64,000 bases of DNA from Bacteroidales bacterium (GCA_050014255.1 JBEKDR010000002.1:267-64266); one strand, 5' to 3'. Counted from the stretch's first letter, positions 38,915 to 49,268 are shown. Numbers and translations are program-made. The notes: generated by a model from the letters alone, not told the origin.

Positions 38915-39697
38915 ATGGCCACATTTCTTTTTAATGAGATAATATTCGGACCTGTCAAAAGCAGACGGCTGGGTGTCTCACTAGGAATAAATTTGTTGCC
39001 AACTAAAAAAAAGATCTGCAATTTCAATTGCATTTACTGTGAATGCGGATGGACAAGGGACATTGAGAAAGCCGTCAGCCGGCTTCCCCGGCGTGAAGAA
39101 GTTTATAAAGCTCTTGAGCTCAAACTATTATATCTGTATAAAAAAAGCCATATTCCCGAAGTAATAACTTTTGCCGGTAACGGAGAACCCACTCTTCACC
39201 CGGAATTCACGGGGATTATTGATGACAGTATAGCATTGAGAAATAAGTACTTACCTCAAGCCAGAATAGCTGTATTGTCAAATGCTACAACAATTTCAGA
39301 TCCAATGATAAAAACGGCCTTATTAAAAATCGATATGAACATTCTCAAACTCGATTCCGCGTTTGATTCCACTATTAAAATACACAACCAGCCAAGAGTT
39401 AATATTAAAGTTGAGGATCTTATTAACAACCTAATCGGATTCAACGGAAGAGTAATTATCCAGACACTCTTTCTGCGTGGGATACATAACGGAAAAGTAA
39501 TAGATAATACAACTCCGGTTGAAATTAAAGAATGGCTTAAAGCAATTGAAAGAATAAAACCCTCTGAAGTAATGATTTATACAATTTCCAGGGATATTCC
39601 GGAGGGTGCCAGATTAAATAAAGTACCGCTCATTGAACTTAAGGGAATAGCTGCACTGGTAGAATCGATAGGCATCAGAACACAGGTTTCCGGTTAA
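38915..39697 (+). CDS. Radical SAM protein
   Basis: The cluster CNFNCIYCECG is the CxxxCxxC [4Fe-4S] motif. It is preceded by GPVKSRRLGVSLGINLLP. 260 aa. Confidence 0.8.
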   Translation: MATFLFNEIIFGPVKSRRLGVSLGINLLPTKKKICNFNCIYCECGWTRDIEKAVSRLPRREEVYKALELKLLYLYKKSHIPEVITFAGNGEPTLHPEFTGIIDDSIALRNKYLPQARIAVLSNATTISDPMIKTALLKIDMNILKLDSAFDSTIKIHNQPRVNIKVEDLINNLIGFNGRVIIQTLFLRGIHNGKVIDNTTPVEIKEWLKAIERIKPSEVMIYTISRDIPEGARLNKVPLIELKGIAALVESIGIRTQVSG

Positions 39698-39699
39698 GA

Positions 39700-40794
39700 T
39701 TGAATAAAAGTTACAACATACTCATATGTCCCCTGGAGTGGGGATTGGGTCATGCCGCCCGAATGATCCCGCTGGCAAGGAAACTTCGGGAGATGAAGAA
39801 TAATGTTATTATTGCCTCGGGAGAGGAACATTTATCAATGTTCCGGAACGAATTGCCCGGATTATCTTATATCAACTTCCCGGGTTTCAAACCCGCTTAC
39901 TCCGGATTCTTTCCTCAATATCTTTCCCTGTTATTTAAAATACCTGTTCTTCTGTATCATATAATTGTGGAACACTACAGGTTAAAAAGAATTATCGAGG
40001 AATACTCGCTTGATATAATAGTCAGTGATAACCGGTTCGGGTTATGGAACAGGAAAGTCACCACGGTGTATGTAACTCATATGCCTCTCATCCCTTTCCC
40101 AAAGCCTCTGAATTTTCTGGAGCCCATAGGAGTTTTACTGCACAGAGGAATAATTAAAAAATATTCTCTTTGTTTTATTCCTGATTTGCCAGGTGATCTG
40201 AATCTTTCCGGCAGGTTATCGCATGGGATCAAACTGCCTGATAATGTAAGGTATATCGGTATCCTGTCAAAGTTTATTAATCCCGGGCAATCCCTGAGAG
40301 AGACTCAGGTAAAGTTACATTATAACACGGTAATCCTTTCAGGACCGGAACCTCAGAGGGAAATTCTTAAACAGAAACTTGTGTCACTCCTGAAAGACAA
40401 AGAACCACATACTATTATGTTTGAAGGGAATCCATCGAAGAGTGGGGAGATTGCCAGTAACGGAAACATTACTTTCTATAGTCATCTTTCCGCTTCCCGG
40501 ATGAAAGAGATTATAGAAGGCAGTGACAGCATTATCACCAGGTCGGGGTACACTACGATAATGGAGCTTGTCAGTCTGAACCGCACCGCGTTGATTATTC
40601 CCACACCGGGACAGACCGAACAGGAATACCTGGCAGAATACCTTTCAGAAAAAGGGTATTTCTATACTGTTTCCCAGAGCGAAATAAATGCGGAAAATTT
40701 ACTCCGACAGGGTAAAACTGTATGGCAGGGTGAAATAAACAGGCAAAGCAGTATCCTTCTAACTGAAGCGTTAGATGAGCTTCTGGAAAAGTAA
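39700..40794 (+). CDS. Glycosyltransferase (MurG / GT28-GT1-like fold)
   Basis: TTG start 2 nt after the radical SAM stop. The N-terminus ILICPLEWGLGHAARMIPLARKL and the C-terminal RSGYTTIMELV...PGQTEQEYLA resemble UDP-sugar binding motifs of MurG-like enzymes. Confidence 0.55.
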   Translation: MNKSYNILICPLEWGLGHAARMIPLARKLREMKNNVIIASGEEHLSMFRNELPGLSYINFPGFKPAYSGFFPQYLSLLFKIPVLLYHIIVEHYRLKRIIEEYSLDIIVSDNRFGLWNRKVTTVYVTHMPLIPFPKPLNFLEPIGVLLHRGIIKKYSLCFIPDLPGDLNLSGRLSHGIKLPDNVRYIGILSKFINPGQSLRETQVKLHYNTVILSGPEPQREILKQKLVSLLKDKEPHTIMFEGNPSKSGEIASNGNITFYSHLSASRMKEIIEGSDSIITRSGYTTIMELVSLNRTALIIPTPGQTEQEYLAEYLSEKGYFYTVSQSEINAENLLRQGKTVWQGEINRQSSILLTEALDELLEK

Positions 40795-41415
40795 CATAAA
40801 CAGGGATAATCCAAAAAATCCGGCTGACAACCCGATCCACACCTGTTGAGGGTTATGGAGATTAAGTCTCAATCGGGAGGAAAGGACCAATCCTCCTGCA
40901 ATTATCGCTGGTATCAGATACCATTCTAACGGAGTTAACATTTTTAACGAAAGGATTATTACCAGGCTTATAATGGCGCCTGCACCTACAGAATGAAGCG
41001 ATATTTTCCACCAGAAATTGATCACGGTTACCATCAGTGCAAGAAATGCAGAACCAAAAATAAATGATTTCAAAAACACAGGAATAGGGAACCTGAAAAT
41101 TATAAATGAAGTAGCGCAATAGAGGATAGTTGTAATTATCAGTGGAATATTCCTTTCTTTCCTTTCCCTGATAGTCCATGAGGTGATAATATTCCTGTGA
41201 ATGAAAAAAGGTAAGAAAGAAAGTGGTAATAAAATATTATTTATCAGAATAATAAGCAATAACAGTTTCTTCACATTAAAAGGAAGATATTCAAACAATG
41301 TCGGTGCTGAAAAAATAATTGCCATTCCATAAACAGGCATCAGCAACGGATGAAAAATTATGGCAAGTATTTTTGCCAGTGTATCGAGAAAATTTTTCGG
41401 TTTGTCTGTTGTCAT
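40771..41415 (-). CDS. Multi-pass membrane protein, PAP2-phosphatase-like (weak)
   Basis: Six hydrophobic segments. SLHSVG and SRLRLNLHNPQQV resemble PAP2 motifs 2 and 3. The 3' end overlaps the convergent glycosyltransferase gene by 24 nt. Confidence 0.4.
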   Translation of the reverse strand: MTTDKPKNFLDTLAKILAIIFHPLLMPVYGMAIIFSAPTLFEYLPFNVKKLLLLIILINNILLPLSFLPFFIHRNIITSWTIRERKERNIPLIITTILYCATSFIIFRFPIPVFLKSFIFGSAFLALMVTVINFWWKISLHSVGAGAIISLVIILSLKMLTPLEWYLIPAIIAGGLVLSSRLRLNLHNPQQVWIGLSAGFFGLSLFMLLFQKLI

Positions 41416-41480
41416 TCAGGGTGTGTAATAATTTCTATATAATAATATGAATCAATATTTAATGTTTCCTGTTACACACC

Positions 41481-42935
41481 CTAAATCTCCCTTCTCAATC
41501 TTGCGACAGGAATATTCAGTTGTTCACGGTATTTTGCTACAGTCCGGCGTGCTATCTGGTACCCCTTTTCCTGGAGTATATCTGTGAGACTCTCATCTGT
41601 CAGGGGTTTGCGTTTTTGTTCATTTTCAATACAATCCTGCAAAATCCGTTTTATCTCCCTTGTCGATACCTCTTCGCCGCTATCGGTTTGCAGACCTTCT
41701 GAAAAGAAATACTTCAGTGGAAATATCCCAAAATGAGTTTGAACAAATTTACTGTTGGCTACCCTTGAGACGGTTGAAATATCGAGACCTGTCATCTCAG
41801 CAACATCTTTCAGAATCATTGGTTTAAGTTTTGTTTCATCGCCGTCAATGAAGTACTCCTGCTGGTATTCGAGAATAGCATTCATTGTCAGAAGCAAAGT
41901 GTTTTGTCGCTGTTTAATAGCGTCTATAAACCATCTGGCAGAGTCGATTTTCTGCTTCACAAAAAGTACAGCATCTTTCATCTCTTTTTTCTGGCTTTTG
42001 TCTTTGCTGTAAGAATGAAGCATTTCGCTATAGGCGGAACTTAATCTTAGTTCTGGAAGGTTTTTAGAATTAAGATGAAGGTCAAAACCGTCTTCAGAAA
42101 ACTCAAGGATGAAATCAGGGATTATCGGTTGTGATGTTTTGTTAAATGGATCGCTGTAAACGCCTCCCGGTTTGGGGTTTAGTCTTAAAATCTCATCTAT
42201 GGCAGCTTTAAGTTCATCTTCGGTGATACCAAGGCGGGAAATGATTTTATCGTAATGCCTTTTTGTGAATTCTTCAAAATGCAATTCGAGAATTGATTGT
42301 GCAAGCTTCATGGAAGGTTGTGAATTGTCGCGTTTTTCAATCTGCAGCAAAAGGCATTCCCTCAGGTTACGAGCACCTACTCCTGCAGGTTCGAGATCCT
42401 GAATTATCTGAAGAACCTCTTCAAGTTCACTTTCAGTTGTCTCAACATTCTGAAGAAAAGCAAGATCATCAACGATGTTTATCAGTTCTCTTCGCAGGTA
42501 TCCATCTTCATCGATATTTCCCAGGATGTATTCTCCAAGAATTTTCTGTTTATCGGTAAGATCCCTCAGACCAAGTTGTGATTCGAGATGCTCATGAAAT
42601 GAAAATCCTACTGAAAAGGGTATCTCGGTCCTTTTGTCTTCATCCTTACTGTAGTTTTTTTCCTGAAGGCGATAATCAGGGATATCGTCTTCTTCAATAT
42701 AATCATCGATTGTGAATTCCTCCTGGTCTTTATCATTTTCCTCGAACTGTTCTTCTTCGGCTTCTTCCGGAATCTCTTCTTCCTCGGTGCCTTCCTCAAG
42801 AGCAGGGTTTTCCTCGAGTTCCTTTTTAATACGCTGTTCAATCTGCAAAGTAGGAACTTCCAGCAGCTTGATCATCTGTATCTGCTGTGGTGAAAGTTTC
42901 TGTAGCAATTTCTGCTGTAACCTTTGCTTTAACAT
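41481..42935 (-). CDS. rpoN: RNA polymerase sigma-54 factor
   Basis: N-terminal Gln/Leu-rich region I, an acidic region II, and the C-terminal RpoN box ARRTVAKYR. Confidence 0.95.
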   Translation of the reverse strand: MLKQRLQQKLLQKLSPQQIQMIKLLEVPTLQIEQRIKKELEENPALEEGTEEEEIPEEAEEEQFEENDKDQEEFTIDDYIEEDDIPDYRLQEKNYSKDEDKRTEIPFSVGFSFHEHLESQLGLRDLTDKQKILGEYILGNIDEDGYLRRELINIVDDLAFLQNVETTESELEEVLQIIQDLEPAGVGARNLRECLLLQIEKRDNSQPSMKLAQSILELHFEEFTKRHYDKIISRLGITEDELKAAIDEILRLNPKPGGVYSDPFNKTSQPIIPDFILEFSEDGFDLHLNSKNLPELRLSSAYSEMLHSYSKDKSQKKEMKDAVLFVKQKIDSARWFIDAIKQRQNTLLLTMNAILEYQQEYFIDGDETKLKPMILKDVAEMTGLDISTVSRVANSKFVQTHFGIFPLKYFFSEGLQTDSGEEVSTREIKRILQDCIENEQKRKPLTDESLTDILQEKGYQIARRTVAKYREQLNIPVARLRREI

Positions 42936-42975
42936 CTTTTTCTATCCGGATTGTCTATCCGGGAATTATATTTTT

Positions 42976-44373
42976 TTAAAATTCAGCATTCCTGGGTGTT
43001 CTTGGGAATGGTATTACATCCCGTATATTTGACATCCCTGTAACAAATAAGATTAACCTTTCAAAGCCAAGACCAAATCCACTGTGAGGCGCAGATCCGA
43101 ACTTTCTTGTGTCGAGGTACCACCAGAAATCCTTTTCCTGCAACTTCAACTCCTTAATACGTGAAAGCAATCTGTCATATTGTTCTTCTCTCTGAGATCC
43201 GCCTATTATTTCACCGATCCCGGGGAAAAGAACATCCATGGCTCTTACCGTTTTACCATCCTCATTCTGTTTCATATAAAATGCCTTTATTTCTTTGGGA
43301 TAATCAATAAGAATTACAGGCTTTTTGAAATGCTCTTCAACCAGATACCTTTCATGTTCAGCCTGCAGGTCGCGGCCCCAGCCGACCTGGTATTCCCATT
43401 TTTTCCCTGAGGATGTCAGTATTGAAATTGCCTCTGTGTATGTAATTCTTATAAATTCATTCTCAACCACAAATTTAAGCCTTTCCAGAAGAGCTTTATC
43501 AATCATATTATTAAGAAACTCAAGATCTTCCTTGCAGTTATCAAGTGCATATCTGATCAGGTACTTAACAAAATCTTCTGCAAGATCCATGTTATCAGTC
43601 AGGTCGTAAAATGCCATTTCCGGTTCAATCATCCAGAATTCGGCAAGGTGTCGTGGTGTGTTGGAATTTTCAGCCCTGAAAGTTGGTCCGAATGTGTAGA
43701 TATCTCCTAAAGACAGAGCACCAAGTTCACCTTCGAGCTGACCGGAGACTGTCAGATTTGTCTCTTTTCCGAAAAAATCGTTGTTGTAATTTACAGAACC
43801 ATCCTCGTTACGAGGCATGTTCTTCAGATCCATTGTAGTAACATGGAACATTTCCCCGGCTCCTTCACAATCGCTTCCGGTAATAATAGGTGTATGAAGA
43901 TAGAAGAAGCCTTTATCATTAAAGTATTTATGAATAGCGAAAGCCATTGCATGCCTTATCCTGAATACAGCACCGAATGTATTGGTTCTGAAGCGCAGAT
44001 GGGCATTTTCTCTGAGGAACTCCATTGAATGCCCTTTCTTTTGCAGAGGGTATGTTTCAGCATCGCTCTTCCCATAAAGTTCAATAGATACTGCGCCTAT
44101 TTCGATATTCTGACCCTGTCCCTGCGATTCATTAAGCTTACCTTTAACAGCTATGCAGGCTCCTGTAGATATCTCTTTCAAAAGATTCTCATCAAAAGAT
44201 GCGGTTTCCACTACAACCTGGATATTATTTATTGTTGAACCGTCATTGAGAGCAATAAAGAGGATGTTTTTGTTCCCCCTTTTGGTTCTTACCCATCCTT
44301 TCACCAGTACATCTGATCCCAACACCGGGCCGGATAACAGGTTTTTTATCTTAATTCTATTCATCATGAGCAT
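42976..44373 (-). CDS. asnS: Asparagine--tRNA ligase
   Basis: OB-fold N-terminus and class II motifs ([34 protein letters not shown]). 465 aa. Confidence 0.95.
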   Translation of the reverse strand: MLMMNRIKIKNLLSGPVLGSDVLVKGWVRTKRGNKNILFIALNDGSTINNIQVVVETASFDENLLKEISTGACIAVKGKLNESQGQGQNIEIGAVSIELYGKSDAETYPLQKKGHSMEFLRENAHLRFRTNTFGAVFRIRHAMAFAIHKYFNDKGFFYLHTPIITGSDCEGAGEMFHVTTMDLKNMPRNEDGSVNYNNDFFGKETNLTVSGQLEGELGALSLGDIYTFGPTFRAENSNTPRHLAEFWMIEPEMAFYDLTDNMDLAEDFVKYLIRYALDNCKEDLEFLNNMIDKALLERLKFVVENEFIRITYTEAISILTSSGKKWEYQVGWGRDLQAEHERYLVEEHFKKPVILIDYPKEIKAFYMKQNEDGKTVRAMDVLFPGIGEIIGGSQREEQYDRLLSRIKELKLQEKDFWWYLDTRKFGSAPHSGFGLGFERLILFVTGMSNIRDVIPFPRTPRNAEF

Positions 44374-44395
44374 TTAATATCAAAAAACAGATGTG

Positions 44396-44403
44396 CAAAA
44401 ATA
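44396..44403 (-). promoter_or_regulatory. -7 promoter box (TATTTTTG) for asnS-rpoN
   Basis: The reverse complement of caaaaata matches TAnnTTTG, 23 nt upstream of the asnS ATG. Confidence 0.45.
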
Positions 44404-44450
44404 ATAAAATGTTAGCCGCAAGTGCAGATTGGCTTTCATTTATTTCTTTA

Positions 44451-44465
44451 TGGCACTATTTTTGT
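44451..44465 (+). promoter_or_regulatory. Sigma-54-type promoter candidate (TGGCAC-tattt-TTGT)
   Basis: Perfect -24 hexamer with exact 5-nt spacing to TTG. Located in the plus-strand intergenic region upstream of usp. Confidence 0.3.
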
Positions 44466-44586
44466 AAGTCAGAGTCTTCTTTTTCAGTTTATTTGACCGT
44501 TGTTAATAATAAATACCCTATATGAGAGTTAATTATTAATAACTCAAGACGCAATTACTTTACTTTTCAAAATACCCTCTTTCCCG

Positions 44587-44706
44587 TTTCCCCCAAGGGG
44601 GAAAAGCTGCACCTTCCCCCGTGGGGGAAGGATGGGAAGCGGGTCATTGGAAAATGAGCTGTCATTCCGAATGGATCCGCCGAAAGGCGGAGGAATGAGG
44701 AATCTC
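44587..44706. repeat. Tandem array of three GC-rich hairpin modules
   Basis: Module 1 is tttccccc-aa-gggggaaa (44587-44604). Module 2 is cttccccc-gt-gggggaag (44613-44630). Module 3 is the family-B unit gtcattccgaatggatccgccgaaaggcggaggaatgaggaatctc (44661-44706). Confidence 0.7.
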
Positions 44707-44779
44707 ATGGGGGAAAGACTGAGTTAAAAAGAAATAGAGTCCATATAACATATTGATTTGAAAATTGGTAAAATCTGAA

Positions 44780-44787
44780 TAACTTTG
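44780..44787 (+). promoter_or_regulatory. -7 promoter box (TAACTTTG) for usp
   Basis: Exact TAnnTTTG match 29 nt upstream of the ATG at 44816. Confidence 0.45.
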
Positions 44788-44815
44788 GATATATAATTGA
44801 AAATAATCAGAAGCT

Positions 44816-45667
44816 ATGGAAGAACCGAAGAAACTTATAGTTGTGCCATGGGATTTTTCTCATGTTGCTGAACACGCATTAGCGCATGCAGTTAAGATAA
44901 GCCGCATGGTAGGCAATGATATATGTCTTTTACATATTGTAAGTACAGGCATTACTCCCAAAGCCTATGCGGAAAAAACCACGCATCTGAAACGGTTAGT
45001 TGAGGAAAACGGCAAAAAATATAATGTGCCCATCACCTACCATGTTTCTAAAGGAAGTATATTTTCTGCAATAGCTGAATTTGCAAATGAGAAAGAAGCC
45101 AACCTGGTGGTTATGGGTACACATGGGATGAAAGGTATGCAAAAGCTTACCGGCAGCTGGGCATTAAAAGTCATTGTAAAATCAAAGATCCCGTTTATTG
45201 TCGTGCAGGATCCTCCTGCCGATCAGGAAAGGTATCATAATATTGTCTTCCCTGTTGATTTCAGGGGTGAGAATAAGGAAAAAATAAAAATGGCCATTTT
45301 TATGGGGAAATACTTTGATTCAAAGGTCCATATGGTTGTTTCCGTAAGCAGCGATAAAACCATATTAAGAAAGACAAAAACTAATCTGAATTTTGCTATC
45401 AAATACCTTATTCAGAATAATATAGATTATGAGATCCACGATATGCCAAGAGGGAAGATAGCTGAACAGACTATTGATTTTGCGCAAAAGATTAATGCCG
45501 ACCTGATCCTGATAGTGACTACAAAGAATATTACGTTTGCTGATTATGTGGTAGGAGCCTCTGAACAATATATTATTGCCAACAGTTCCAGGATACCTGT
45601 TTGTTGTGTAAATCCAAAAGCATCGTTTGCAAGTGTAGGACAATTTATGGGTGGCTGGGGATCATAA
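44816..45667 (+). CDS. Universal stress protein (tandem Usp domains)
   Basis: Two Usp-like halves. The first contains LVVMGTHGMKG. 283 aa. Confidence 0.75.
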   Translation: MEEPKKLIVVPWDFSHVAEHALAHAVKISRMVGNDICLLHIVSTGITPKAYAEKTTHLKRLVEENGKKYNVPITYHVSKGSIFSAIAEFANEKEANLVVMGTHGMKGMQKLTGSWALKVIVKSKIPFIVVQDPPADQERYHNIVFPVDFRGENKEKIKMAIFMGKYFDSKVHMVVSVSSDKTILRKTKTNLNFAIKYLIQNNIDYEIHDMPRGKIAEQTIDFAQKINADLILIVTTKNITFADYVVGASEQYIIANSSRIPVCCVNPKASFASVGQFMGGWGS

Positions 45668-45723
45668 AAGAATCCCCTTACATTATCTTTACAACAGGTA
45701 ATGAAAAAAATAATATCCAGGTT

Positions 45724-46638
45724 ATGTCCATTGTAGTTCAGGGTGTTTCAAAATTCTATGGCCAACAAAAAGCTCTCGATAATATCTCGTTCGAAGTAAA
45801 GACCGGCGAAATAGTCGGATTTATTGGCCCAAATGGAGCCGGCAAGTCGACGATGATGAAGATCATTACCGGCTTCATCCCTGCATCAGCGGGAAAAGTC
45901 TGCGTTAATGGTCTTCCCGTTGAAGCTGATAATCTCGAAGTCAAAAAGCAAATAGGATATCTTCCTGAAAATAATCCTCTTTACCCGGAAATGTATGTCA
46001 GGGAATACCTGGGTTTTGTGGCTTCAATTTATAAGTCAGGCATATCCGGGAAAAAGCAGACAGATAGTATAATTGCACTGACCGGACTCTCACCTGAACA
46101 GAATAAAAAGATTGGTTCTCTCTCAAAAGGATACCGGCAAAGGGTCGGATTGGCCCAGGCTCTTATCCACAATCCTGCTGTACTGATACTCGACGAGGCT
46201 ACCACAGGCCTTGACCCGAATCAGATTGTCGAGATACGAAATCTTATTAAAGAAGCCGGAAAGCAGAAAACGGTTATGATTTCTACGCATATTATGCAGG
46301 AGGTAGAGGCAATATGCGACAGGGTGATAATAATTGATAAAGGGGTGATCGTAGCTGATGAAGAAAAGAGCAAAATTTATTCTAAAATTAAGCGCCCTAA
46401 ACAAGTTATACAGGTTGAGTTCGATAAGGAAACGATGGATTCATCTCTGGCAGAAATTAAAAACGTGAGCAGTGTAAAAAAAATCCGGAACAATATTTGG
46501 GTAATCGAGGCAGAAGGGGATGAGGATATCCGTCCCTCGGTTTTCAACTTTGCAGTAAAAAATAATCTGACTGTTCTTTCTCTGAATAAACAGGAAAGTA
46601 ATCTTGAAGAGGTTTTCAGACATCTGACCAATGGATAA
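45724..46638 (+). CDS. gldA: ABC transporter ATP-binding protein, GldA-like
   Basis: Start at MSIVVQGVSKFYGQQKALDNISF (ATG 45724). Walker A GPNGAGKST, signature LSKGYRQR and Walker B LILDEATTGLD. The N-terminal region closely resembles GldA, but no gldF or gldG lies adjacent. Confidence 0.6.
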   Translation: MSIVVQGVSKFYGQQKALDNISFEVKTGEIVGFIGPNGAGKSTMMKIITGFIPASAGKVCVNGLPVEADNLEVKKQIGYLPENNPLYPEMYVREYLGFVASIYKSGISGKKQTDSIIALTGLSPEQNKKIGSLSKGYRQRVGLAQALIHNPAVLILDEATTGLDPNQIVEIRNLIKEAGKQKTVMISTHIMQEVEAICDRVIIIDKGVIVADEEKSKIYSKIKRPKQVIQVEFDKETMDSSLAEIKNVSSVKKIRNNIWVIEAEGDEDIRPSVFNFAVKNNLTVLSLNKQESNLEEVFRHLTNG

Positions 46639-46807
46639 ATTTTTTGCTTTTCCGATTTTTTTTTGTTGCTTTGTACTCTAATAGATTAGTGGAAAGATTT
46701 GTGCTGATTGCAACCACAGGAAAAAAATGCTAAACCGCGGATAATTTCCTTTTTACAATCAACCAATCTTCCTTAATGATGTTAAATAATAAATTAATAA
46801 TATTATT

Positions 46808-48151
46808 ATGGGATATTTATTTACTTCCGAATCAGTTTCAGAAGGCCACCCCGATAAGGTAGCCGATCAGATATCAGATTCTCTGCTTGACGAATTCCTT
46901 CGCTGGGACCCTGAATCAAAAGTTGCCTGCGAGACATTTGTAACAACCGGACTGGTTGTCTGTGGCGGAGAAGTCCGTACAACAGGCTGGGTTGACCACC
47001 AGGAGAGTGCCAGAGGTGTAATACGTAACATCGGATATACAAAAGCCGAATACCGTTTCGATTGTGACTCATGTGGTGTTATCTCAACGATTCATGAACA
47101 GTCAAGCGATATAAATCAGGGCGTTGTTCGAGATAAACCTGAAGAACAGGGAGCAGGCGACCAGGGAATGATGTTTGGTTATGCCTGCCGTGAAATGGAT
47201 AACTATATGCCTTTAACAATTGAGCTTGCCCACAGACTTCTTCAGGAACTGGCGGCAATCAGGCATGAAGGCAAACAGATGAAATATCTAAGACCCGACA
47301 GTAAATCGCAGGTTACGGTTGAATATGATGACAATAACAAACCTCTTCGGATCAATACAATAGTTATCAGCACCCAGCATGATGAATTTGTTCTGCCAAA
47401 AGACAAATCGCATAAAGCTGAACTGGCTGCTGAAAAAGCTATGCAGAAAAAGATAGGCGAAGATCTTGAGAAGTTTCTAATGCCAAGAGTTAAAAAAACA
47501 CTTCCTGCACGAATTCAGAAACTTTTTAATAGTGATTATAAACTGCTGGTTAACCCCACTGGTAAATTTGTCATAGGAGGTCCTCATGGGGATACCGGGC
47601 TGACAGGCCGTAAGATCATTGTTGATTCATATGGTGGACATGGAGCTCATGGCGGAGGTGCATTTTCGGGAAAGGACTCATCTAAAGTTGACAGATCAGC
47701 TGCTTATGCTGCGCGTCATATTGCCAAAAACCTGGTGGCTGCCGGCGTTTGCGACCAGGTATTGGTCCAGGTAGCTTATGCTATCGGTGTTGCCCAGCCT
47801 GTTGGTCTATATGTAAATACTTATGGCAGCGCGAAGGTAAAGGATAAAAAAGGCAATTTTATTCACGATGGAGAGATTGCCCGGTCAGTTAATAAACTTT
47901 TCGATATGCGACCGTATTCAATAGTCCAGCGTTTTGGTCTGAAAAATCCTGTCTTCCTTCCAACAGCGTCATACGGACATTTCGGACGTGAAAGTTATTC
48001 CAAAACTGTTGATGTATATTACGAAGTGCCCGGAAGCAAACCTAAAGCTCTCAATGGAAACGGGAAAAAGGTTTACCAGAAAAAAGTCGAATTCTTCGCC
48101 TGGGAAAAGCTGGATTATGTTGATAAGATAAAGAAGGCGTTTAAGTTGTAG
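46808..48151 (+). CDS. metK: S-adenosylmethionine synthase (long Bacteroidota form)
   Basis: Motifs [32 protein letters not shown] and GGGAFSGKD. 447 aa. Confidence 0.95.
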   Translation: MGYLFTSESVSEGHPDKVADQISDSLLDEFLRWDPESKVACETFVTTGLVVCGGEVRTTGWVDHQESARGVIRNIGYTKAEYRFDCDSCGVISTIHEQSSDINQGVVRDKPEEQGAGDQGMMFGYACREMDNYMPLTIELAHRLLQELAAIRHEGKQMKYLRPDSKSQVTVEYDDNNKPLRINTIVISTQHDEFVLPKDKSHKAELAAEKAMQKKIGEDLEKFLMPRVKKTLPARIQKLFNSDYKLLVNPTGKFVIGGPHGDTGLTGRKIIVDSYGGHGAHGGGAFSGKDSSKVDRSAAYAARHIAKNLVAAGVCDQVLVQVAYAIGVAQPVGLYVNTYGSAKVKDKKGNFIHDGEIARSVNKLFDMRPYSIVQRFGLKNPVFLPTASYGHFGRESYSKTVDVYYEVPGSKPKALNGNGKKVYQKKVEFFAWEKLDYVDKIKKAFKL

Positions 48152-48177
48152 GACTCGATTCATCTCCCCAGTTTTTT

Positions 48178-48273
48178 GCCCCCCTGCCCCCCTAAAGGGG
48201 GGTTAATACTCGTATTTTGCACATATTTTCTTAATCTGACGGAATTAGCCCCCCTTTAGGGGGGATGGGGGGC
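48178..48273. mobile_element. MITE-like element, family A, copy 3
   Basis: The element is gcccccctgcccccctaaaggggggttaatactcg ... gaattagcccccctttaggggggatggggggc. It lies between the convergent metK and metF. Confidence 0.65.
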
Positions 48274-48302
48274 CGAAAACAAGAGGTGATGGCGACATCC
48301 TA

Positions 48303-49256
48303 TTAGAATGAGGCTTTAACAATCCTGGCGATATTATCAGACCTTCCCAGTGTGTAATAATGGATGCCCGGTACGCCTAGCTTAATTAAATCTTTTGATT
48401 GCGCTACAGCCCACTCTATTCCTGCCTCTCTTGCCTCAGCGTCATTTTTGCATTTCTGCACTGCAGAAAACAGATCATTTGGCAGGTCAATATGAAATGT
48501 CTGGGGAAGCAGTTTAATATCATTAAGTGCCGAGATAGGTTTAATTCCCGGTATTATCGGAACAGTTATCCCTGTCTTTTTGCACTCATCCCTGAATCTG
48601 CAGAATTTATTATTATCAAAAAACATCTGGGTCACAATATAACTTGCTCCGGCATCAACTTTTCGTTTCAGGTTCTCCATGTCTACCTGCCTGTTAGCCG
48701 CTTCAAAGTGTTTTTCGGGATAACCTGCCACTCCGATGCAAAAATTTGTAGGATCGGCATTTTCAAGATTATCCTCAAGATATTTACCTTTGTTCATGTC
48801 AACAATCTGCTGCACAAGCTCATATGTATGAGTATGACCATTCTTCTCCGGAATAAATATATGGCTTCCTTTCTGCGGATCACCCCTTAATGCAAGAACA
48901 TCATCTATCCCGAGAAACCTCATCTCTATAAGAACATTCTCTGTTTCCTCTTTGGTGAAGCCCCCGCAAAGTACATGCGGAACTACAAGTATATTGTACT
49001 TATATTTAACTGCTGCAGCAAGAGCAAATGTGCCAGGACGGAGGCGTACCACTCTCTTCTCAAGAAGACCGTCGGGCCGTTCCCTTAAAATGGTCTCATT
49101 ACGGTGAGATGTGAAGTTAATATAAGCAGGTTCATACTCCATGAGCCTGTCAATTGCTGCATAAGTTCTCTCTATGCTATGCCCTTTCAGGGGAGGAAGG
49201 AGCTCAAATGTGAATAAAGGTCCTTTTGCGTTATTAATCTTTTCTATTACAGTCAT
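48303..49256 (-). CDS. metF: Methylenetetrahydrofolate reductase
   Basis: 317 aa. FTFELLPP and TSH-type motifs are typical of MetF. It lies 13 nt downstream of metH. Confidence 0.9.
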   Translation of the reverse strand: MTVIEKINNAKGPLFTFELLPPLKGHSIERTYAAIDRLMEYEPAYINFTSHRNETILRERPDGLLEKRVVRLRPGTFALAAAVKYKYNILVVPHVLCGGFTKEETENVLIEMRFLGIDDVLALRGDPQKGSHIFIPEKNGHTHTYELVQQIVDMNKGKYLEDNLENADPTNFCIGVAGYPEKHFEAANRQVDMENLKRKVDAGASYIVTQMFFDNNKFCRFRDECKKTGITVPIIPGIKPISALNDIKLLPQTFHIDLPNDLFSAVQKCKNDAEAREAGIEWAVAQSKDLIKLGVPGIHYYTLGRSDNIARIVKASF

Positions 49257-49268
49257 TTCAGAGTGATA

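Noticed and set aside
42640-42840. An acidic, Glu-rich low-complexity stretch with plus- and minus-strand shadow ORFs (42608..42841, 42712..43032).
   Set aside because: It corresponds to the normal acidic region II of sigma-54. The overlapping ORFs are compositional artefacts.
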